Position numbers and translations under genes: made by a program
NCBI GenBank assembly: GCA_964016885.1
Contig: OZ024746.1
Coordinates: 19,158,001-19,222,000, forward strand
Source: Eledone cirrhosa
Taxonomy: Eukaryota
Length of the DNA: 64,000 bases
Reading direction: 5' to 3'
In this document: positions 40,219 to 50,800 of the stretch, piece after piece
Layout of the letters: each line of letters starts with the position of its first letter
Position numbering within the stretch: the stretch's first letter is position 1
Notes under the pieces: model-generated
What the model saw: only the letters and a program-made list of their open reading frames with translations
What the model was told of the DNA's origin: nothing
Databases searched by the model: none

Positions 40219-40350
40219 ATTCATTTTATTAAGACTAAATAGTGAGTCTTGTTACTCTGGAGTTTTGCTTGTTCTTGTCTGATAACCCTGTGATAAGCAG
40301 GTGAAACTCCAGAGTAACAAGACTCACTGTTCAGCCTTAATAAAATGAAT
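40219..40350 (+). ncRNA. Hairpin (48-bp arms) overlapping a hammerhead-like motif at 40273-40322
   Basis: tcttgt-CTGATAA-c cctg..cagg t-GAAA-ctc ca gag-TA-acaaga; core G8 is changed to A. Confidence 0.55.
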
Positions 40351-41566
40351 ACTTAAACTCTACTTTGGTATTGAATACTCTTTTCTCTCAGCCATCAGCT
40401 ACATATTGATATATATATTTATATATTTTGTGACATATTTCTCAGCTTATATACAAGTGTATATGGTAGTTTTATAATGAAAACATGGAACGGAAAATGA
40501 TAGAGTAAATAGAGAAGTGGTGGTGGTGTTGATCCCAAACTAAATCAAACAAATTCATTTAACATGCTTTTAAAAGCAATCATTTTATTGACATAAGTAT
40601 TCATACAACAAAAGCCTCAAAATATTATTTTAAATAATTAGGGTATTATTAATTTATTACAATGTTTATATTAACACTAATCTTTTGGTGTGTTAGTTGT
40701 GTTTATTGTTTATTTTTCTCTGCAAGCTCTGGTGTTTTTTTTAGCTTTAAGTGAATTTGAGGTTTCGTTATTCTCTTCACATGCCACCTGCTTCATAATT
40801 GTATAATTATTATGTAAGGTGATAGCAATTAAATACAAATGCTCACGCACGTACATGTGTATAAATATTTATATAGCATTACCACTTTGTATGTAAGCAA
40901 GGGCGGCAAATTAGCAGAGTTGTTAGAACGTCGGATAGAATGCTTTGTTGCATTCATGCCAGCTCTCTGCTTTCTCAGTTCAAATCCTACCAAGGTCAAC
41001 TTTGCCAAGGTTGATAAAAAAAAGAAGAAAAAGTGTCAGTCTGGGGTTAATTCTTCCTCTATATATATCTCTTTCTCACTTCCTTTCTCTCACTCTCTGT
41101 CCTTCATTGGAAGAAATCTGATGTGTTCAAACCTAGAGAGGAGATGGGCTCTACCAGGTTTAAATGCACAAGAAACACTATGTTAATACAGCGCCTCGAC
41201 GACTCCCTACGGAGTCAAGGGACCATCCACCCATTGACAGTCGGACCGAGGAAACAATGTTTCCGTTAGTCTTCCCAACTCACCCATATCTAAGATAGAG
41301 GACTATATGATTATATAGCGAAGGAAAAGTGGTAAGGAACCAGGTGGACCATAACGCACCAAAGTACTCAATACTTAGGGTAGTAGAGTGGGTAATAGGA
41401 GTAAGTAAGACCCCGACGGCTGAGCTCAAGCCGTTTCGACGGCTAATTCTGTGATTATATATATATATGTATGTATGTGTGTGTAGAATCATCACCATTT
41501 TATGTCTGCTTGCATGGGTTTAAGATATTTATGTGTGTGTTCTTTTTTTTCTTTTTCTAGTCAAAC

Positions 41567-41687
41567 ATGAGTTTGGGAAATGATAAACAAATGGAAACAA
41601 CCAAAGAGGAATGGATGGAAAAATTGAACAACTTACACATCACCAGAGCTGATATGAACAGGCTCATAATGAACTATTTGGTTACAG
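41567..41687 (+). CDS. GID8: GID8 coding exon 1 (LisH start)
   Basis: Acceptor tttttctag ends at 41560, ATG at 41567, 40 codons +1 nt, donor gtgaaa. Confidence 0.93.
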
Positions 41688-41746
41688 GTGAAATCATTTA
41701 GCTTTTTTTTTCTTTCAGCATTTAAAGTTATTTCCCTTCTTTCGAT

Positions 41747-41794
<48 letters not shown>

Positions 41795-44661
41795 TTTTTT
41801 TATTAGTTCTTTGAATCTCAATAACTATAAGGTTATTTGAGATATATGGTCTTAACCCTCTCAGACATGGACTCCTGTGTCTAACTTTACCCGCCATCGA
41901 GGCTCCTGAAAAAAATAAACAGTTGCATACACCGCTCAAGAGTAATAATTGCAGGCGAAGTAAATGTGTCAACCCACCCTTCATCTAGATTTACAACATC
42001 TCTACCACCCTTATCGGTATCATTTCTGTGTGGGCCGCAGCAAATTTGTTCACCAGAATCACAAGTTTCATAATGTTGTGGGTTCCACTCCTGGACTGGG
42101 TTGTGTTGTATTCTTGAACAAAACACTTTATTATTTTGTATTCCATATTATTAGCCTTTTTTAAAACATTCATTTCAGAGGGTTTTAAAGAAGCTGCCGA
42201 AAAATTCCGAGTGGAGTCTGGTATTCAACCGTCAGTGGATTTAGATCAACTTGATGAGAGAATTAAGATTCGAGATGCTATACAAAATGGCCGTATACAA
42301 GAAGCAATTTCACTCGTTAACAGTTTACACCCAGAGTTGTTAGACAATGATCGCTATCTCTATTTTCACCTGCAGGTAAGGCTAAGAATAAAATCTTCTA
42401 TTTATCTCATTTAATATATCTTTACTGATTTTTTTTTATTTAAACATGCAACATACATTTGATGCCATCCCAGTTAAACTTAACAGTTTTTGGTTATATT
42501 TTAACAGTGTTTAGTTAAACAGCGTTTAGTTATATTTAACTGTTTGGTTACATTTAACAGTGTTCAGTTTTATTTAACATTAGTTATATTTCAACAGTGT
42601 TTATATTTTAACTTGTTTGCTTATATTTACCAGTTTTCAGTTTTATGTAACAGTGTTTAGTTATATTTATTTAATATTTTTAGTTCTATTTAACACTGTT
42701 TAGTTATTCTTGGTTTTATTGCTTTCTTCTGTGTAGCAACAACACCTCATTGAATTAATCCGTGACAAAGACGTGGAAGCAGTCCTGGAATATGCCCAAA
42801 ACCATCTAGCAGAGCGTGGAGAAGAAAATCCTGAGATCTTATCAGAATTAGAAAGGACTCTAGCTCTTTTGGCATTTGAAGATCCAGAAAACTCTCCTTT
42901 TGGAGAATTACTCCACCCATCACAAAGACAAAAGGTTTGTTTTCGAAATAAGATTTTCAAACATTTCATCATCATCTTTTAATGTCCATTTTTCCACCCT
43001 AACATGGGTTTGACAAGTTGTCCTGACATTGTGAGACAAGTCAGATCAGGTGACCATATCTTGCTCATACAGAACTGCTGCTGGATGGTCTTCCTTATGC
43101 CAACCACATTTAGAGTGTTGACTGGGTGCTTGTTATCATGGCACCAACACGACTATTTTACAGTGTGGACTAGGTATTTTTCGTCATGGCACCAACACGA
43201 CTGCTTTACAGGGTGGACAATATATATATATATAACATTTGTAATCAGAAAAATATTTTTTTAAGTGGATGAAATTGAATTAGGAAAGATTGGATTTTGG
43301 TTGTATTCCTTGAAAATCTAAACTACTATCTGTATATCCCAGAATGGAAAAGCTAAGATCTTATCTATTAAAATGCGTGAAAATTCATTTCATTCTATAT
43401 TCAAATGTTATTGAACATGTATCTACTAAGGTTGATTCAATTCAATATACAGGCTCTTCCTAAAGTCTGGACACATTGGCAAATGCATATTTTCAAAGAA
43501 AAAAAATTCAACAACATTTTATTTAATTGAAATATTAATAAATAACATCTTTAATGTGATTTGCAAAGTTGGATGCGCAATTTACATGAACTTGATGCAT
43601 TAACTCCACATTTCCGTCCAGACTTTAAGGACACCCTGTACTTCTCGACTACAAATTTGTGCCTGTGCTAAGGTGAGTAGAAAAGAATAGATTCAGCCAA
43701 CCCATCAATGATGAAATGGGAGTTCCTGTTTAGCTACAATAGATTAAACCCAGTTACGATAAAAATACCTTGCTAAAATAGAGAGACAAGAATTTGAGTT
43801 GCTGGCGTTGCTATCAGTATATCAAGCTTAATTTTTAGTTAACATCTTTAATGCATTAAGTATGTTAAAACTTAGGCGATGAATTGACAGAGTTGTTAGA
43901 ACATTGAATAGAATTTAGGCTATTGCCCTTTAAGAAGTCTGTTTATGAAAATTTAAATCTTGGATAATATAGGGCTCATGCTATAGAACATTAGCATAGT
44001 GAACTATATTCTCTGTTCAAAAACATTTGGATCAACTGTCTTTCATTGTTATTCTTGTAAGCCATTGGATTGTAGGGTTACACAATTATTGTACAAAGTG
44101 CACTGAACCAGTGGGTGTTAAGTTATGGAATAAGAGTCAAGCCAATGACCCTTTGCTAAGTAGTTAAACATCCTATTAACTTCTGCTTTTTCTTTATCAA
44201 TACCAGTAAAATATTGATATTTTAAGGATAATAAGAGACAGAATTATCAAGTGGGCTTCGATAAGGCTGTATGAAGCTTACTGTATATACTCAAATAAAA
44301 GTCGACCACGCTCCACCTGTCGCCCATTTTATGAAAAAAAAAAAATCTAAAACCTGTTTATAAGCCGGAGTTGAGAAACTATAAAATCATCCAAATAAGT
44401 TTGATGAATCAGTTAACCTTTAAACCAAAACATTCTTAATTAATGGGTATGGAATTGTTTGTTTTTTTTTCCTAACAGTTATTTCTTTAATTACAGGTAG
44501 CTAGTGAGCTTAATGCTGCTATTCTGGATGTCGATTCAACCCCTAAACTTGCAAACCTCCTAAAGTTGTTGTTATGGGCCCAAGAGGAATTAGACAAGAA
44601 AAAAGTAAAATATCCCAAGCTGGTTGATTTGGCCAAAGGAGAGATTGATTTTCCGAAATAA
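41567..44661 (+). CDS. GID8: Glucose-induced degradation protein 8 homolog (GID8/TWA1; LisH-CTLH-CRA subunit of the CTLH E3 ligase), 4 coding exons, 226 aa
   Basis: Exons 41567-41687, 42179-42375, 42737-42934 and 44497-44661 all have GT..AG introns with consistent phases (1,0,0). Translation [50 protein letters not shown]...[25 protein letters not shown]...[11 protein letters not shown]...[17 protein letters not shown]...[39 protein letters not shown] matches GID8 as I recall it. Confidence 0.96.
42179..42375 (+). CDS. GID8: GID8 coding exon 2 (LisH/CTLH)
   Basis: tttcag|AG GGT TTT...CTG CAG|gtaag; [15 protein letters not shown]...YFHLQ. Confidence 0.95.
42470..42705. repeat. Degenerate AT-rich tandem repeat of about 20 bp in a GID8 intron
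   Basis: Repeated ttaacagtgtttagttatat variants. Confidence 0.7.
42737..42934 (+). CDS. GID8: GID8 coding exon 3
   Basis: gtgtag|CAA CAA CAC...CAA AAG|gtttgt; QQHLIELIR...SQRQK. Confidence 0.95.
44497..44661 (+). CDS. GID8: GID8 last coding exon (CRA domain end)
   Basis: ttacag|GTA GCT AGT...CCG AAA TAA; [10 protein letters not shown]...[16 protein letters not shown]. Confidence 0.94.
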   Translation, partial: VASELNAAILDVDSTPKLANLLKLLLWAQEELDKKKVKYPKLVDLAKGEIDFPK

Positions 44662-46461
44662 TAAATTTCTGTCTACCAAGAGAAAAAAATGATAATAATC
44701 TGATATTCAGTGGGACTAAAATTTAGGGACATCGATGAGACCAATAATTTGGAAGTAGAAAGAAAAAAATAATTGCTTTCAAACAAGATATGGAAACTAT
44801 TTATGGTTAATATAAATTTACCTATCTTTAAACATTTGTCCCTATGACAACAGCAAATTTCAGTTCTTTTTCTAAGAGCTTTTGGAAATTTAAACTGCGA
44901 CTAAAATTCTTTTTGCCTATAAGACAATAAAAAAGAATTTTTTTGTTATTTAACTTATTTTAACAAGTTTTCATCCTTTTAATATTTATAAAGTATCATA
45001 TCCAAATTTGTTTTTATTCTCAAATGTTGAACTTAACATTTTTTTTCTTACAACAAATTGCATTGTTTGTATGTTGGTAAATTATTATTTTAATGTCCAT
45101 TTTTTTTTACCTCTGGTAGCAATGAGTTGAACATTACATTTCTAAACAAGGGTTGGCTGACTATGAAGGAGTGATGTTAGAGCTGTGAAATCTTTCAAGG
45201 GACTGTTGAAAAGTAAACCTCGTTTGGTCAGCCTATGAACTTTTCAACAGATTCTTATACATTTTAATTCTGTAATGTCCCTCATTTTAATTCAAAGCAC
45301 TATTTAAAACAGTAGTGCTTTCGATGCCTCAACTCATTCCTTGCAAATCATTGTATATGTTCTGCCTTATAGCATTACACTTCTTGTTCATCTCCATCTC
45401 CATATAGTCTGTTACCTCTCATAAGTTTCACAAATTATTGCTAACAAGCTATCAATTCTTTACATCTCTTCCTGCCACTAATGCAAGCAAATGTTGTTAT
45501 CAAGATATACTACAATTCAAAGCTGTTTAATTACCCTAGCGCACCCAAAGTTGCTTATCACTCTACTGGAGTTACCTTTAAAAAATAACAAGTGATAAAA
45601 CAGAACTCTTTGTTTTGATTGTTTGTGCTATACTCTTTAAAGTTATATTTGTTATAAGTCCAGTAAGTATTTTAATACCGACTTGCATACGCCCCTCATC
45701 CCTAGCCTGGTCTTTCCTTTCACATTCATCGTTGGTTCTATTTCTATCTTCCTCTCTCTCTCTCTCCACCAGACCATTTTCATTTCCCTTTGTGTTGCTT
45801 CCCCCCCACACACCTCACTCTAGATATTGTTGCAGAGTCTGATTCACCCGTCTTTACACCATTCCCCAACATCCAGCTCAACTGCCTCCAAACACACTTC
45901 ACTGTATCTGCTACATTATTTAATAATTCCTTCATACCGCTAAACTTTCCATGTACCCAATCAATTTGTATCATACCCTTCCTGCACACCATATATATTT
46001 CTTCTTCAATCCATCCATACATATTCTCTGCTAATTAACACCAAATCCCATGGTAAACCCCTTTATACTTCAGGCCAGTACCTCCATCATAATTACAAAT
46101 AGTAGTGGGCTTAATACTAACTCCTGATGCACTGTTCCTGTCTCATACATTACGCTATCCAAACTATTTCTCTTATTTCACTATTAGCAATCCAATCCAG
46201 AGCCTTCTTGCTCCTGTTGGAGGAATCCATCACTTGTTGACCTTTATTGGTTTTGGTCATGTCAGGGGTGTAGCCGTACTCACCATGCTTGGCCAATTGC
46301 TATTAGCAATACATTAAATTTATATTTTGGTTCAAATTGACATGGAATATAATTGTGCAATTCAAAAACACAAGTCCAGTTGGTGTGTATACAATTCCTG
46401 AAAGCAAACTTTGAATTAAGCACTTGGTATCATTTGATGAGCAACAATAGAATCTATGTAC

Positions 46462-46829
46462 CAGAGGCGTAACTAGGGAAAATAGCACCTGCAGTGAAAC
46501 TGCTCCCCTTCCCAAACATCTGACACCCATCGCCCGGTGTATTTAAAGGGAGCGATCTGTGTAATACTGATATTTGACAAGTCATACATTGAGGTATGCA
46601 TATGTGGTCATATAAATTCCCAGTACCGTATTTTTACATATGAGCCTAATAGTTTATATAAATGGTTTAATGATCCAGCCACCATAGTGTTCTTCATCTA
46701 TGATAATCAAAGACAGATCAAACTTCTGAAGAAGTTTCTTTTTTCAATCTCTGATGATAGCTTATCTGACTTTAATAGAAAATGCTTCCTAGTCCAAGTG
46801 GCACTTGTCATACCTTAGTTACGCCTCTA
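46462..46829. mobile_element. hAT-like MITE
   Basis: TIRs cagaggcgtaactaggg / ccttagttacgcctcta; imperfect 8-bp TSD ctatgtac / ccatgtaa. Confidence 0.65.
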
Positions 46830-47795
46830 CCATGTAATTGAGGGCTCAAAAGTTATGTTTGATTTTTATTCACCCAGATACAAATTGCTTCGTCTAGTTA
46901 CATTATTTGCTGGCAAAGCTCTTAAACTTTCTGTATGAATCTTCCCATTTTTATTCAAATGGCTTTAAAAAAATATCTACAAACTTATAAATTGTCATTG
47001 ACAGTTAAATTTAATGAAGTAACACCTGGATGTTACCATATTTCTAATAAAAGACACTGCCTATGATTTTCGAATAATTTTGAAAATAATCAAGTTTTAA
47101 GGGATTTAGTAATAACTTTCCCATTTATCAAGCTGGTGATTGAAGCATAACTTAACAGGTCTTTAAAATGGATGGTTTTGTATCATAGAACCAAAAGTAG
47201 TTAAGCTACTTGGGCCTGGAGAGGAGATGGGCTCTGCCATGTTTTAAAATGCCCTAGAAATGCTGTACGTCAATGCAACACCCTTATGACTCCCTCAGGA
47301 GTTACGGGTTCATACATACATACAAGCTACCTAGGCATCTTAAATAGAACTTTTTTTTGTAGTGACAGTATGCTATCTGATTATCTCAATGCTATAACTG
47401 TGTTGTAGATCTTAAATTCAACTGTAACAATTTGTAAATGGTTTTTGTTTAAAAGAATATAATGCTAAGCAAGGTTTTGAGAGATTTTATTGTTAAATAA
47501 AAAATGTCAAACATTGTATATTTTTGTAAATTTTCTTAGTCTAGATGTATTGTGTGTGTAAATTATATATTTACACATGTTGCTATAATTAGTCATCTCT
47601 TGTTAGATTCATCAGGCTCTATTTCAGGAATTCAGTAAAGTTGTGTTTATTCTACTTAAATTAATCTTTTATCTTATCCAAAATATTTCAACAACAAAGG
47701 TAAATATTATGAAATGGGCTTAGGTTAAATTTAATATTTCAACTTGAATGTTGAAATGAATTATGGGGGTGGTCTTCAACAAAACACAAAATTCT

Positions 47796-47891
47796 CTAAT
47801 TGCGAAAAAGTTCATCAAAAGATGTATTGAATGAGCCTTCATTTAAGCATGTCACTGGAACTAAAGGATGACGGGATGTTGCCAGGTGATT
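47796..47891 (-). CDS. Gelsolin-like last coding exon ([31 protein letters not shown])
   Basis: ttacag acceptor, TAG stop at 47798-47796. Confidence 0.9.
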   Translation of the reverse strand, partial: NHLATSRHPLVPVTCLNEGSFNTSFDELFRN

Positions 47892-50800
47892 CTGTAAAAT
47901 ATGAAAGATGAGGTAAGAGGTATTTAAAATATTTTAAGCAAAGATTAGGAGGTAGGTGTAAAAGCCAAACTCACTACCTTCAATTTGGTATTTGTGTCAA
48001 CCATTACCTATGGTCATGAATCTTGGGTAATAAAGAATATGATCGCAAATACAAACGGTAGAAATGGGGTTCCACCGAAGGGTCTTTGAAGTAACATTAC
48101 TTGATACAGTGCGTAGCTCGGAGAGCCACTACTTTTCTGATATTACAGGCATGTGGTTAAAATTGCTGGACAGATTTTATGCCAACTGGCAGGAGACCCA
48201 AGGGTAAACCCCAAGCAAAATGGTTGGATAACATCTATGAACTCAGCTTGTCTCACTTGGGGATCCAGCCAAATCAATTGGAGATGGTTATTTCTGACAA
48301 GACCCACTGGAAGGAGTGTTTGAGGATTCTTCCCCCATGACCCTCCAAAGAAGAATGAGGATTAGTAGTTAAGGTTTCTGTTCACTTACATGAGCATAAG
48401 CCAGTCCATTTTGTTTCTCATTCTTGGAAGCAGCTTTTCCTATCCAAACAAAACACCCTCTTTTTGAGTCGACTAAATATGCATCCTGCATTAAAAAGAA
48501 ATGTATCAGTAATAAAGGCAATAATGTAGTGAGGATAAAAGATCTAATTGATTATTTACATGGTGAGCCTAATGGTAAGTACGTTGGATTTGATTCCTGG
48601 ACTAGGTTGGGTGTTGTGTTAAGCAAAACACTTATTTCATGTTGCTCCAGTATACTCAGTTGAAAATGTGTGTATGCAATCTGCTTTGCTTTGAAATATT
48701 CTTTTACTGTCTAGTGGTAAGGGTGTCATGGGTTCGATTCCTGGACTGTGCATTGTGTTCTTGAGCAAAACATTTCATTTCACCTTGCTCCAGTATATTC
48801 AGCTGGAGACTTAATCCTGCAATAGACTGGTGTCTTGTGCTCTCAGTTGCTTAATGCCACGGAAACCTGGATAAGCATTGGCCAGATGAGCCTTTGGGCT
48901 CCAGACAGACTTTAACCTTGTGGTGGACTAGCATCCTGTCCACGTGTGAGTCTTGTACTCTGTCACTTCAGGCCACAGAAACTAGGATAAATACCAGCCT
49001 GATGAGCCTCTGGGTTTGAGACAGACTTTAACCTTGTAAATTTGCCCCCTTTATGGCTACTAGATCTAATAACCAGTTTGAGATGAATATTTTAAGGAGT
49101 TTAGATGTTCACTTACTGAACTTGTCAAATTACTTCTTGATAGTTTGCCTTCAGCCTCTTCAACCAGCTCCATTTTCATGTCGCCATCAGAATCGGAAAT
49201 CCTGGGGGAGGTAAATAAAAATCATTTGGAAATAAAAATAAAGCTATATTATATATTACAGTATTAATAGTTAATATGAAGCATGAGATATGTGATAAAT
49301 GATGGCTAAGTTTCAGAAAGCTGGTACAATGTAGTAGAAATATAGAAAGGGCAAAGAATGACAAATATAACAAAACAATGTTTTACCCAGTATATTTCAA
49401 CATTTCTGAGCTATTACTAGCTTTTAAAATGTGAAATGAAAATGGTTAACAACAAATACAAACGATCGGTGTGTTCTTCCCTGAGCAGTTTAAATGTCTG
49501 AAATATGCACGTAAGGAGCTGTTATAGTTGCCACTCTGATCCACGGAGTTCTAATCCATTATTTATCTGTGGCTTTTTCTCGATAACAGCCTCTTTGATT
49601 CTTAAATTTCCCACATTCCTTTCCGTTGCCTCTATGGTGACCTCAAAGTCCCAGCTGTAGCATCTGTACTGGCTTTTTGAAAGTTATCAGTCATTTATTA
49701 CATAAATTACAGTATTTTAAAATTCATACAGATTGTTCGACTGAATAAATACAAAAAAAAAAAAAAAAAAGGTTTAATTACCTGAGCTCTTATCAATATA
49801 ATAACATATCTGCTTACTTTGAAATACTATAACTGTAATCTCAAGAAAATTTAAGACACAAAATAGGAAATAAATATATCCTACATTTGCAATCACTAGT
49901 TATATTATTTCTTCTCTTAGATACATTGCATGCCTTCTAATATTCTATACATGTCATGCTGCTGAATGTGTGTATATATTTTTTATGTGTGTGAAGATGC
50001 ATGGCTTAGTGGTTAGAGCATTGGGCTTACAATTGTCAGGTTGTGAGTTCAATTCCCAGATCAAGCAGTGTGTTGTTCCTTCTGTAAGACACTTTATTTA
50101 ACGTTGCTCCAGTTTACTTACCTGTAGAAATAAGTTACAACATCACTGATATATATTATTATTAGTCTTATTTTTGTTGTGCATTGTCACTGCATTGCCG
50201 AGTACAGCTATGTGTACTTTGGGTATATGCAATGTCGTTTTTGGTGGTGTTTCTATTGTATTGAGAGTACTCATCATAATAGGGATGCCGTACCTAGTTG
50301 TGCTATTTTTGTATGATGTATATATTATTATTACTAGCTGGCCTCGTGCCGTCAAAAATGGCGGCTAATTGTAATATTAAAAAAATGTTTGTTGATTGGT
50401 TCCTTCACGCTCACTCACACAAGTGATACAAACAACTGTGACGAATCTCACCTCCCTTCTTTCTTCAGTCGACGCATTACCCCTTCCTTCTTCAATTGAC
50501 ATAATCACCCCTTCCTTAGAAGGACAAGGTTATATTAGTAGAGGAGTCGTCATCTTTTTACATCCGCTTTTCCCTGCTTGCAAGGGTGGGACGGGAACCG
50601 ATTCTGGCTTGATTTCTACAGCTGGATGCCCTTCCTAACACCGACCTCATTTACAGTGAGTGCTGGGTGCTTTTTTGCCGTGGCACCACTATGACCACTT
50701 TGCAGTGGAATGATAGGGACCCCAGTCCCTATCATCTCATTTCTACAGCTGAGTAAACTGGAGCAATGTGAAATAAAGTGTCTTGCTCAAGGAAACAACA

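Noticed and set aside
44471-44496. Alternative GID8 acceptor 18 nt upstream (cctaacag)
   Set aside because: It would introduce an in-frame TAA; CTAAC more likely serves as the branch point.
49780-49835. Possible terminal gelsolin exon (NYSISK*)
   Set aside because: A homologous domain-3 exon series continues at 49201, 48485 and 47891.
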